From positions 29,946,001-30,010,000 of the forward strand of contig CM074518.1 of assembly GCA_037379345.1 (NCBI GenBank): a stretch of DNA of 64,000 bases. Reading direction: 5' to 3'. This stretch comes from Perna viridis. Its lineage: Eukaryota. The notes under the pieces are model-generated. The model saw nothing but the letters and a program-made list of their open reading frames with translations, searched no databases and was not told the origin of the DNA. Of this stretch, positions 13,601-27,700 are shown in pieces (positions within the stretch are counted from its first letter, which is position 1; the number at the start of each line of letters is the position of its first letter). The position numbers were made by a program, and so were the translations under genes.

Positions 13601-16600
13601 GCACCTAAAAGGTTTCAACTATGTAATAGACTCTAACCTTTAAAGGGAGTAACGATGAGTTCAAAGTTTGAAGGTCTGTATACACGAGCTGATGTACGAA
13701 ACAGGATGTTGCCGTCGTTATCTGTGGCATTTAATTTTACTTGAAACTCCTGCAGATAAGAGAAAAAAAAAAAGAGATAAGAACATGTACATGTAAGCCA
13801 AAGGTCCCAAATACCTTAGAAAACAAGAAAAACGAGTCTGAGGAAATTGGTAATTCCACATATAACAAATACATAAAAGTCACAAGTTCAAACAAACATC
13901 CGATGGTTTTATCGACTTCCCTTAATATATTAAATAGTAAAGGATACGGTTTTCAAATTATCGTCAATTCTTTGAACCTTATTTTTACAAATAGAGATAT
14001 ATTCAACCACTAATAGCACTACGTAAAAACTACGTGATTGTTTTAATATTGCACTAGATCGAATCTTGCCTTTTTAGTTCTTGACTTTATTACTTTAATT
14101 AAGTCCACATGAATTGTAGTAATTGATTATTTCTAGGTAAGTTTAATGGTATTACCATTCTTTAATATGTTCTCGGATAGCGTTCAGTAAATGCGAGCGA
14201 TTGTCTATATGTTATATAGAGTAATCAAGGGAACCAAGGTTAAAGCGGTAATCAAAAGAATGCAATCCAGGGACAAAGTCCAGACATGGAAAACAGGCAT
14301 ACACAACAAAGAACATAAAGTAACTAAAATCATACATACAAAGTAACAAAAGCAAATGAGCAACTCGGACTCCACTAAAAACTGGGAGCATGTACCAGGT
14401 GCACCGGCAGGGTAAGTGTCCTCTGCTTTTATATGTTAAGATATTCCATTAAGAGAATTGAATGTATACCTGAGTGACTTTCATGATGTGTTTGTTTGTT
14501 GTTTCAGTTTTGACCTTACATTAAAGAGGATGGTTCAGGCCTTATGTAACTAGTTAAACCCACCGGAGATTTCATGCGCCCTTCCACAATCAGGAGATGT
14601 TGGTCATTAATGTGTTTTTGTCATCATATTACCTTTCAGTTGCCCCGTGCAGGTCCGGTGTTAAAAGAATTGGCCTGTAGCAGCGCTTAGCTTGTCGTAA
14701 AAGGCGACTAAATAGTGCTCAGAACCCTAGCCGGGGGCTAGGGCGCTCTGCCCACAGAGCAACTGGGATATGTGCCCCAGATGGTTGAATGGGGTACCCC
14801 TGGCGTGTTACATGCTGGGGTTGTCAGGCTATAATACGGAAAACCTGACCGCAAACCATAGTGGTGCACCGTGTTGGGAAAGATGCCACGTTCCTCGCAC
14901 GTTAATGAATCCTACTGTGGTATTCTCCCGGAGTAGGAACCATAGGGCTCCGCCACAGGAGACTTAATTGCCCGACCTTACCCATCTCTCCCTACTTCCA
15001 GTTTCAATCAAAATTTGTCGACCCCATTGTCCTTGTGTCCCATCCCTTTTTCATTTCATCATCATTTCATGCTCATTTTATCTTCAATTTCATGTTCATC
15101 GTCTGAATATAGCTGAAATATTGCTGCTCGGACGTTAAACCCCAACAAACAAACAAACAAACAAAAACCTTTTAGTTTGTTTATGAAAAATTCTCATGGT
15201 GGATTTTATTTCTTTTGTTGTCAGAGCCTTTCAGAGCCTACTGAAAAGTGTGTTTACACTCGTTGAAGACGTTTTAGTGTATTCAGCTTATACGCTAGTG
15301 CATTTGTTACGTTTCACCATATCCATTTTTTTCTGCATAATGAATTAATCTATTATATCGTCTTTCTATTTTTTAAAGGCAATATCTAAAACCAACCTTA
15401 AAATATTTGTGGTTGTCTTATCAAAAGCTTTTTTTTTAATAATAGGTACAGAATAATTCTTTTGATCAAACCAAAGACATGAAATCTTGACGTTGATATT
15501 AGTACAAAGTTGAATCATTTGTTTTCATTTGCTCATTTACTTTTGTTACTTTGTATGTATTATTTTAGTTACTTTATGTTCTTTGTTGTGTTTGTCTGTT
15601 TTCCGTGTCTGGTCTTTGTCCCTGGATGACATTCTTTTGATTTCCACTAGAATCTTGGTTCCCTTGATTACTCTTTTAAAGGAACATAGCATAAGGTTAA
15701 CAATATTTTTCACTTATTATAAAAGATCTTAGCTTTAAACTTTCCTTTATCTATTGCAACATTTTATACAAACCTGATTTGGTACTTCAATGTCTGCTGA
15801 GCATAGAAGATCAAATTCTGAACCCCGACCATCGGGCTGGTAACTTCCTATCACGGCTCCAGTTGAGTTTGTAAGAACCATTGTATTGCAAGTTCCATTT
15901 ATTAAGTTAAGTAAAACGGCGTATGCAGTGTAGTTATATCCTTTAAAATAGAAAACAAAATGATAGAGAAATTTGCATATGTTATCACTTCGATTGTTCT
16001 TTACAACTGTCTGAACAACTAAGAATTTAAACATTTTGTAATGAAATTAAATACTTATTTATTCCGCGGAGGAATTTTGAAATTCATAGATTTCAAGAGG
16101 TAGTTAGATAATTTTCTTTCAAACATATTAGAAAAACTGCCCAATACTATTAAAACAGCAATAAAAAATAGTTTTGGGGCAATAACTCTCACAATTTTGA
16201 TTTAATGCAGAATGGACACCTGTACTTTTCTTGAAGAATTTGATATTCTCAACGTATTTGCAATTTACAGTAGTCCTATTTGTGGCGTTTTTTGATTTAT
16301 TAGCAAAAAGGCTGAAAAATTCTCTAAACAGACTGCTTGTTTTCGAGCTATTACTGCAGAACGCGTCTTCAAATCTATTAGAAATATAAATAAGAATTAT
16401 AGATTTAATCAAGATCCATATTTTAGTTCCATTATTTCCTTCCATCTGTTTTTAATTTTAAGATTAACCCCTAAGAAGACGGAAGTCAAATTAAGAATGA
16501 CCGATGACCTTGGCATTTTTAAACACACAATTAATCGTCTAAAATCAACGGTAAATGTCCCAAGTCAGTAAAATTTACCATTTTAAAGTTTAAGTTATCA

Positions 16601-19600
16601 ACCGATATCGTTTCAATTTAAGTAGTGAAATTCATCGCATAAAACGGGAAACCAAAAATGTTTTCGCAACTTTGTCAAATAGTACTACAGTCTAATTCTG
16701 AACAGTATGCATATTTCATTTTTTGTGTACGTAAAAGTGTTTATAAGATTCTTCGTAAATTGAATGTTTCGCTTGCGAGTGGATTTACAAGGCATTTCCG
16801 TTGAAATAGGAAAGACCTTGATAATCACAGAAACACGAATAACAATTAGTACCTACATATTTCATGATTTGTTAATTACAATATTGACATACCGACAACA
16901 GGAGAACTTTTCAGTGTTGACATCAACCCATCACTAGACTTAACGTACATTCCTTCAGTGACCTTGATAAAACTTTGTGCAGTGATTATGACATTATAAT
17001 TTCCATCTTGATTACATCGGAGCTGCCAGATTCCAGTCCCGGGGTTCTAAAATGTGAAATCAGAATCTAGCATTTAATGACAGCGCAAAGAGGAAAAACA
17101 AGTAATTCTTGAGGTGTTGAAACAGGCCGGACTATTTCAATTTGATTATTTTGTATTTACAATCGATAAATAGCATAGACTAGCAAAAGAAGATACTGTT
17201 TATAGAGATTTCAAAATAAATTCCAAACAAGTATTATACTTTTCCATGTCAATAAATGCTACTTTTTAGTTGACCCTGTCAATGCATCTAAACTGTTTGC
17301 CACAATGCATATAAACTGGTGTCAAGAGCAAATTAATGTTACAAGTTCGACCAGGTTTGACATTGCAAAACTCACTAATGACGCTGTAAGGAGTCCTCTA
17401 AAAATATTTAAAAAAAAATAATCTTCCACTGCCGCGAAAGCTGAAGAATTTAAAGTAACGTAATCCAATTGTCAAACGACGTTTGAATTTAATGAAACCA
17501 GAAAAATTCAAGACTTGTATGTTGAGATTTGGAAGAGATTACCTACCGGTGCATTGAGCTTAAAACATATTAACTGACAAAAAACATGATTTAATAAAAT
17601 CTTAATCGGTACGTAATACTGCTAAATCGACTAAAAACTAATAGGAATTCTCAGAACCGCAAAACCCTAATGAAAACTCAGAAAATATCAAAGAACAAAG
17701 AAACAAAAAAACAACTACAAAATAAACAAACAAACAAATAAACATACATACAGAATTGTAAATAGTTTTTGTTTTGTTTATTTAATTTTTTTTATCAAAA
17801 TTAGAAACTCCGCTTAAATCATTTGGTATCGAAAAATTATTGATTTATTATAAAATTAACAAAAAAAAAAGAAAACAAGAAAAATTTCACTCTATTGTAA
17901 AATATTCTATACAGATAACTTTTGAATAACACATTTTTGGTATTTGTACGAACTTGTATTGAGATGGTGGTTTCGCCATGTTCAGAGGAATATGTCCGAG
18001 TTCCCGTAGCGGATGGGAATGTATATATTTCTCCTGAGAAAAGAAAAGTAGAAAAATATCGATTTTATATTGGTAACGAAAAAAGATACGTGTAACACCC
18101 GTCGAAGTGAATCATACCCCTACCCCTTCAACCAAAAAGAAAAAAAACGTCAAGTGTAAAAGTGTAACTTCTCTTATTATTTTCATTAGACTTTCTCAAT
18201 AAGTGTTTCTTTTATTCTCGTGAAAAACTGATCCAATTCGATTAGAAAATGTGCATATATTAGAGTTTACGTAGAATGTGGACTATATAGGTGCCAAGTA
18301 TATAATTTAGTGTATTAAAATTTAAATTATATACAAACCATTGTGAGAGAAAAAATCAATGTCCTTTTCATTTGACACTCCTTTTATTTTAATCTTCAGA
18401 ACGGTCAAAGTCTTGTCAACATAAACAGATTTGTTGCTACCGCATTCGGTCCATTCAAAGACCTCCAGGACAACTTCAGATGTAGGGAAGACGACCTGAT
18501 ATTTTTAATAAAAAAGATCCTGTATCATAGCAATTAGTTGACTCTCTTATATTTCTCTTTGCAAACACAAAGCTCCACGCAGCCGCAGTCGTCCGTTGGT
18601 AAACAATTTTACAACATGCAGCTTATACTGATGCTTTTAACTTCACTTTTGTTTACAGTGTTATTTACATAACCTAAGTGTTTCAAATTTTATTTTCATT
18701 CGACCTGCGTAGTATCGGTGTTCTATGATGAAAATATATTACATTCCTCGTGCTAAAATCAGTATAATTTAACATCTATGGAAGCATTATTTTCAGTAAA
18801 TAGCCTCTCGACAATAAGCGTTGTTTTCTTAAGAGGTATATTGTGCATTAAGAACCTGTCGATATGAATAAGAGACATAGATTGGTTCAGTCATGTCAAA
18901 AACAACCAAATTAACTTTTTCTAATCCAGTTACAGACTATGAAACCAATTGTAATCCGTCATCGTTTTTGAGACTAATATTATACTGAGTGTATATTTAA
19001 CATTGACAAATTGCATGAGTTATCGATCTTATTTTGGTAATTTAAGAGGACGTTCAATGCATGGTTTTCTCCATACAGACTTGTATATAAAAGGAATTGA
19101 TTATCTGGTGTTTATAAAACTGTATCATTCCTAACATTGGCAGTGTCTACAATTTTCCTTTGAATGATAGCAACAAAAATATAGATAGTCTGCCTAAGAA
19201 TAAATTGGAAAATATTTTAAATGAATTTAATAAATATCGAGTTTGAAGTTTTGCGAATTCTGTCAAAGAAATGTTCTATGGTATTAATTTTCAAGTGTTA
19301 AGTGTTTCAAAAGGATAAAAAAAGTTAGTTTTGCAGGATCATTTATTTCGCCCATTTGTTGTTTATCACTAACAGTCCAAAACAGAAAATTACTTCGCTT
19401 AAATTATGTAGAATGTTTTTACAGAGAGAGAAAAAAAAGATCATGCTATCACATGAATGTTTAACAGATCTACATCTCATGGAAAGCTGGAAAGAGAAGT
19501 TAAATATGTTAACATAAGCAAAACAAAACACCAAATAAAGATGAACAATGTAGATACACCATAGATCAAAAAGATGACAAAAACGTTAAAAAAGACAGAT

Positions 19601-22600
19601 TAACTGTCCACATACACAATGAAGAGATCAGAATAAAGATGAACAATGTAGATACACCATAGGTCAAAAAGATGACAAAAAGGTTAAAAAAGACACATAA
19701 TCTGTCCACATACACAATGAAGAGATCAGAATAAAACACAATAATATATAAAATCTGAAGACAAGAAAAACAAAACTAGACAGCACATAAATTAAAGCAA
19801 CTTCAACAACAAACTGTGGGTGAAATCAAGAGTAATTTGAGGAGAAGCATCTCCTGCTCCAGCACCGGCATCTGTCGCATTACAAGTGATTTAAATCCGG
19901 TACTGGTGAATATTAACTGGAGATATCTTGCCTCCTCTGTATAATGTAAACGTAACTATAATGTAGGTCAATTAAAATGTCATGATAAAAATAAAACGTT
20001 ATGGGTGTAAATAGGGAATAACGCATTTAAGCAATATGTTATACTCAATTCTAGTCCTGTTCCATATGTCTGATATGCATGATGGTGCGTCGTTTTAGCA
20101 TAGACTATTTAATAATGAAAGAACAATTGATTGGTGGGAAAAATTAAGTCTATGATTCAGAATTGCTAAAAGACAAAATTACCTGAATGACTTCGCTTAT
20201 TGCTTCACTGACATTGGTCTTACTGGTCCTGTAGACGCGGCCCTTCGTTGATCCAGATATCCGTTCAAAGAAGAGCGTTGTGTCACGACGATACCGGCCT
20301 AGTGAATTATAAAAATTGCCATTCATTTATTTTACAGCAGTGCCAATTTCGAAAAAAAATATTATGTACAATGTTTCCAATTATGTGGTGTATTTAATAT
20401 CTTTCCAAGCAGTAAAGTCATGACTAACCACAAATGTTACAGTTGCACTATTATCATAATTAGCTCTTCATGATATAACAACATGCCTTTTTTCCTAAGC
20501 AATATTCTTTATGGATATTTACATTGAATTTTCTGTCATGTTTCACCCATTGCCTTATTCTTTATACCTGATACAGATCGACGTTTTCTAGAATGACATT
20601 GGCTTGATAACAATGAAGTGATTGATATGTTCTTATCATTTGCTGCATCAATGACCTCTTGTAACCGGTGCTGGTCCTTAGCGTCGGCGTCAGTAAATAC
20701 AATAACGCTTGAAAAATTTCTGGATAGTTCAATGGCTATAAGAGAAAACAAAAATTGCTGTCGCAGGTCCGAATATTTTATATGTATTATCGAGAATGAC
20801 CATTTCAGACATAGGACAATTAAGTTATGATAATCTTAAAAGTAATCATTTACGCTCGGTTGGACACCAAGGCAGTTCTTAATACAAATAGTCATTTGGT
20901 TTCTTTTTTGCCTGTGAGTTCTATCCGTTATTTTTTCTTAATGGTATGCTTGACATGTAAGTAAAATTTATCTTCGAATATTTAAAGGAAAACAAGTCAA
21001 AAATATTTTAAGGGAATATTGTTTTTTAATCAAACTTAAATCATACATTTTCGTAACAGAAAAAAATCTATACTGCATTGTAAACCACATTTATTAAGCC
21101 CATTCGATTGAAAATACGAATATTTCGTGACGTTCATACATGTAACGTCTGTTACGAAACTTTCTGCTGTTCATTATTTAAGATTGTCTAAGTGTCATGA
21201 ACACGGATCAAGTCATTGGTTAATGAATATAGTTGTATGAACATAGTTAACTGCCACTGTACTTATACATTGTATATCCTTTGGTTGAAGTACTGAAGTT
21301 AGATCTGAACTTAATGCCTTTGTTTATAGCAAGGAAGAACTTTTCTTATTGCCTTTGATTATAATGCGGAATAATTTCACTTATTGCATATGGTTATAGT
21401 GCGGAATAATTTCACTTATTGCCTATGGTTATAGTGCGGAAAATTTCACTTATTGCCTTTGGTTATAGTGCAAAGGAACTTAACTTATTGCCTTTTGAAA
21501 AAGTACCTTTTAGAATGCCCGCAGCAGCCAACTCAGGACAATCTCCACCCCCAGTTACGCCAATTGACGACACTTTCTCTATCATTTCTGAACCGTTTGT
21601 AAAAACATATGCTATGTTGCGATCAGCTTAAAATAAACAAAAATGTAAAGCAAATAGATAGTTCTTACTTTGAGTTCAGACGGACCATCTATACAAACGT
21701 GTGTTTACTAATCAAATCCCTTAATACTGTGTCGCTTTATGTTCTTGTATGTCATTTGGTTTTTTTTACATTAGACTTAGGAATTACTTTGGCCGTGATG
21801 TCAGTTCTCATGTTTTCAGTTTATTCTGCAATTGCATTTCTTTCAGAATAATTTTAATTGACGAAGTAGTACTTTATTTATCGAAGGTTACCTGGATCAT
21901 TGAATAAAGAAAGAACGTAATCCGCTGGTTCGTTGTCTGAGCCAATCGTGCTGGTAACAAACTGGATTATCTCATCTTTGACAGCTGCGATTTCATCCGA
22001 CATTGATCCGGTATAGTCCACAGCAAATGCTAATGACACTTTCTTTCTTCTTCTAATGTTTAAAATATCTCGAAATAATTCATCACCTAATTTGTCAATG
22101 ACACCTGTATCTAAAATAGATGTGGGAGGGCATAAGGAGGGGCACTTATACTGGTGGACGAAAACTGGAAAGAGCAAAATTGTTAAAATCACCGTTTATC
22201 AAATCTTTACTCTAAGGGTAACGAGTAGACATGGAAAAGTGCAATAGAATGTATTACATGCAATATACTTCCAGGCAAAACAAATGAAAACGTACCTGTA
22301 TTAATAAAGAATTGTTTGGTAGCTTCCACTGCTGCTTCATATGCTTGTATATGGAGGTGGTAATGTGGAGATCGACTCTTCATTGTTGAGTCTTTATTGA
22401 TACCACATCGGGCTACTAAGGTTCTGCCGCTATCCTCGGGGCCTCCATGGCTACATTTGCCAGCTGTTGCCCCTTTAGGTCCTAGATAATTATTTTCATA
22501 TTTACTTAGAAAACATTACAATACACATAAATGTAATTATTTTAAAAAGGAGTTAATTGTTAATACCTATGCAGATCTAAGGTGGCCCGTCCCTTATGTA

Positions 22601-24715
22601 ATTAGTCTTTTTAATATATATTTTGTATGCTGAATCATAAAAATACAATATAGTAATAAAAAAAAGAATTTTTGGCCTAAGTTCACCTTTTGTTAATCCC
22701 TGGGTCCGTTAGTATAATGCTAACAGTTTTGATGCGAATCGGTTTGCTTTTTCTTTTTTAATTTTTCAGTTTCTGTTTGTAAGTTTAGTCTACGATCAAT
22801 TTTCTTTGTGCAGACCCTTAAATTTCAAGCTGTAGATAATGTTTTAACAATCATTAACGTAACGGTAGTCGTAATTCCAGCTAACGGATTGAAGTAGGGA
22901 CAAGGGAGATAGTTAATAATTATAACTCTTAAGATAACAAGTATATGATAAGTTGGTTGGAAATGGTCTAGCCATCCTTGAATCACGTACAAGAAAATCA
23001 TTCACTGGGACAGTAACCCTGATTGGTGTCTCTTTACAAATGTTTTATTTAAATCGTTGATGCCAATGTCCGTAGTATGAGGAAGTTTCGTGGGTTTGAT
23101 TTCGCGGTTTTGAAGCAGTGGATATTGAATTAATGCACATTGCTATTTTGGTCAGAATTAAATACTTTTTTTATATTTTTGATAAATCCCGAATGCCATA
23201 TGTAAATATCTATACCAGATGAATAATACTATATCGCTGTATTTTAATGTAGAGTCTACATATAGAACGTTTTATTTGAACGGGCACATACATGGATTAC
23301 TTGTAAGTATTCCATAAGTGATATCGTAGTATCAAATGTATGTCATCTAACTGTGACATTAAATAAATATGTCACTCCTACTGCAGACAAAGTGTCAAGT
23401 ACAATTTCATAAAAGCAATGTTATGTAAATGGGCTTACTTGCAGGTTTTACATTACCCCATCCTTGATGATATCCGCTGGTGAGTTTATCATTAACCAGG
23501 ATGTTGTTCTTACAAATATTTCTACAAGAGGAAAAATGAAACATGATTGCGCACACCTCATTATGATATTTTTGTATATATATATATATATATTTGTGTT
23601 CGTATCAAGTTTAGCTTAATTGTTTGTTTAAAGTTGATAAAGTTCACAGTTCGGATTACTTCTTTGTGACTTGCAAATCATTAGAACAACGTGGAGCATC
23701 AATCATTCCTTTTAAAATATCAGTTTCTCCAAATTGTCTGGAAAAGATCTCCGATATATAAATACAAATTGTTACGAATACCAGTTGACAAGTGGACCAT
23801 GAGGGTGCATTTAGAATAACTCATGAATCATTTGGTCGTATTTGAAAAGAATGTTAAAATCAAATTTGAAATTTCACGTCGCCAAATATTATGATTCAAA
23901 CTTAAATGAGAATAACAAAAGATATTCAGTTAAATAAAACTGATACAGCTGAAGTTTCTTTTGAACCTAAGACAACCTAAGCAAACTACACGTAGTTTTG
24001 CAAAGGCATAACTATATCAAAAAGTCTTCAATGGCTTCTAACTTCTTGTTCCTTTAGTCTAAAAAACATAACCAACGGTTATAGTTGTACCTCTAACCAT
24101 ATCATTCAGAACACTAAAAAGGACCACAATATACCCATTACTCTTCAGTAATTGGTATTTCTAAAGCAGAGGATGCATACCCAACCGGTGCATTTGGTCC
24201 ATGCTCCCAGCTTTATTTGTGGAGTCCGGGAGACTGTTTTACTTCGGTTTGTTTGTACGTATTATTATGCATTGTTATTTCATGTCCTGCGTGTGTGTTT
24301 GTTTTCCCTGTCTAGTCTTTATCTTTAGAATATGTTAATTTGGTAACCGCTCGAAACTTGCTTCCCTTAAAAGTTACTATTACTTTCTAGTTTTCAAAGA
24401 ATAAACGAAAAGTTGCAAACGTCATTGTTTATTGTTCAGGGGTATTAATACGGAATCATCCTACTTATACATATAAGAAAGAGACTTGTGTACGCCTCAA
24501 GTTAATTTCGTCAATTGGAACTGTCTATAATGACTTTCAAGATATTGACTGAAAACTGCACAAACGTCCTTTTTCGCCTTCTAAGAGCAACAACTGTGAC
24601 AAGGAGTACAAGTTCAACCCAATGGAGAATTATGTAGGGTAGAAAGTGTAATCAAGGGAACTAAGGTTCGAGCAGAAATCAAAAGACAATAACCCAAGGA
24701 TGCAGACCAGAAAAG

Positions 24716-24761
<46 letters not shown>

Positions 24762-27700
24762 CAAAGAACATGAAATAACCAAAATAATAAGTACAGAGAA
24801 ACAACAGAAAATAAACAACTCGGATTCCACCAATAAACTGGGAGCATGGCCATTGTGCATCGATAAGGTAATCCTTCTTTGTTTTTCTAGAAACATCCAC
24901 CGAGTTGCTCATAAGGCCTAGGCAGACGAAAAAGGAAATGAAAACTATGACATGGTGAACAAGTCGGTTCTCACGGTGCAGGTGGATACACCGTAATGAT
25001 CCACTAGGTGAATATGTCGACCATAAAACTTCTGCAGTGACGACTTCAATCTTGTAACATAATAAACCTGTCCTAGATGCCTAATTGTAACTAATCGTAA
25101 GAAGTCGAGCACGGTACAAAAAGTCCGCATAGTTACGGCAAGCTCGGGCATAACGTATGAGTACTGATATCAAACTCAATAAGCAGGTGCTGAACGTATG
25201 TTGTCACAGATGAAAGGAAAATTGACAATACGGAATTAGAAGTCATTGCGTCTGTCATATAGTTTTGTCATGAGCTTTCCTTTACTATCTATCTCTTAGT
25301 GTAGGTAATGTTATGAGGATAACAGATATAGTGTCTGTGGAGTACTTTATCTCTTGTTCTTTGAGGTAGATGCGATGTATAAAATCCCCGAAACTAGGAT
25401 TTGTATAACGGAAACTGAGATCAAATGATTTTTTGGGTCAGATCAACTATACAGTCAGTCTCATAAGAGTAAAGGAATAGTTCAGCAAGTAGCGGAGCAC
25501 AATTTGTTCCCATTGGAATGCCGACTTTTGTTGGAAAATGCGTCCACCACACTGGACAAATATGTTGTCGATTAAAAAATTCAGCTTTTTTATAACATCG
25601 TTTACTGTTTATTTGGAATATGATTTGTAACAGTTTTTCCCAAAGTATTGGGAATCTCTACAAAGCACTATCATAGGCCTTATCATGAAGATTATTTCAT
25701 CAATGAAATTTTCTTACAATTTATCATAGTTTTCAAAGAAGGCTTTCATTAAATTGCAAAAAATTGTCATTTTTAGCCTTTCAATGGCAATAACTCTTAC
25801 ACGGAGTCATCATAGACTTCGCCACATGGAGACTTCTGAAGGCCTTATCGTAAAGATCATTTCACCAACCGAAAGCTTTTTGTGCGAGATACACTAAGGG
25901 ACAACTTAAAATCAAATCTGAAAAGTAGTTCAGATCGAGATGTTCGAAGAAAAGTATACAGACGACCTCTACGACGACGACTGCATTAGTTTACATTTTT
26001 TTTTTACTTTTGTTATATTTCAGTACTTTTAGAAAACTTCTAATTATTCTATTTAACAACATAAAGTTAGTATTTATTGCATTATATATATTATTCAAAT
26101 AAATGACACTGATAATGGCGACCAGTTAGACGGACCGGAACAAACGACTCGGAACCATGCCGTATTTTTAGTGGTGACGTTATGAATAGACGATGCATCA
26201 CGTTCATCAAATAATTGCATGCGGTGTCTATATTTTAAAGGGGTAGATACTTAAAAAAATATAAGATGATTACCCCGGAGGAATGTCTTCACATGTGTCT
26301 TCTGCATATGATGCGACAGGCAGTAAACTCTTTTTATTAACACCTGTATACAAATGAATTTTATTATTATAATTATTTTCCGAAAAAGGGAGAACTCGTG
26401 GGTGGACAAGAATGTGGTGACGGAATAAAAGCGCAGAACGCGTTAAATCGCCTGTTAGCGAGTACTTTATTTGCACAAGTGGTTATATTCTAGCGTTAAG
26501 AGTGAAAAATTAAGTCGCTTTCCCTAAAATAATACATGTATAAATTTTGCAACCTCAAGTGCACATGTACTACATTTTGCTAATATGATCAAGGCTTTGC
26601 GAAAAAGGGAAAAGGCTATTTATACTCAGAGAAGGTTTCGTTTTGTTGATGCACTGCTATGATGTTATTATCACAGATGCTTGACTTTCTATAAAACATG
26701 CATGCGTTTAAAGTTCAAACAGTCACTTTCTATTTCTGGAATGCAGCACTTCCGGCAGATCAATTTTGAGCAATTTATATTACGAGTATCTATATTTATA
26801 GGACGTCGCTGGTGTTCCTTCCCTGCATATTTTTTTAGTTTACAAATTTATGGTCATTACCTCACGAAAAATGTGAATCCTGACCATTTACGTTGTACAA
26901 TTAACGGCGTTAATACGCAAATCAGTATAGTCCAGACGATCTGTCAAAAACAACAATTGTTGAAATTTGCGTAGGAAAATCTTACGAAAGGGTTGTGAAT
27001 GGGGTGCTCGACAGGGGGGGTAATAAAAAACTGAAATTGTTTTAAAATGGGAGGAAAAGATACCCCTTCAGTTACTTAAAAGATTTCTACACACTTGATA
27101 GTTAAAATCAAGGTTTTGAACATGTTTACTCGAGCTTGCATGTTAAAAATCTTGAGGGTAGACATTTTTTAATACACTCGAAACAAAAAGAGAATATATA
27201 TATTTAACCGACTCGAAACAAAAAGAGAATATATATATTTAACCGGGTATCAAAGTCTTGACGAACACAATTTCAATACAGTTCAAATGAAATGAACACT
27301 TTTCACAAGAGACTTGGAATTTGATCTGCGCATTAAGGTTCAATTGATTTTTCGAGAAATCGACAAATAGTTCTATTTTTTTTTTTTTGACCATGAATAT
27401 TTAGATTGAAATAATTACAACAATACGTCTCTCTATCGTGCAATATTTTTGCTTTTAGAAATGAAATTCATTATTTGTTTTATCTTAAAATTAATAGTGC
27501 ATTTATTGTCTTGCACATTTAGCTCAAAACAAAATTTTAAATTAGACAAATCACGGTTTAAACTTTTTTTTAAAGCATAAACATTGGTAGATATATTAAG
27601 TGTCTGACGTGAAAAAAAAAAACAAAAGAATGCATACACACTTGTTCTCTGTGATGTTTTTACATATTCAATTTAAAGGGGCAGGTTTTAGTGTTCGAGT

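Noticed and set aside
14690-14720. Pistol ribozyme resemblance (GTCG-loop-CGAC-TAAATAG)
   Set aside because: No downstream complement to the loop for the required pseudoknot.
20618-22247. Plus-strand ORFs at 20618, 21419 and 22056 (and the minus ORF at 46880)
   Set aside because: Antisense shadows of real exons.
24614-24921. ORFs with CV/HT dipeptide runs (also YI runs at 31151-31574 and 57557-57811)
   Set aside because: Translations of (CA)n and (TA)n microsatellites.
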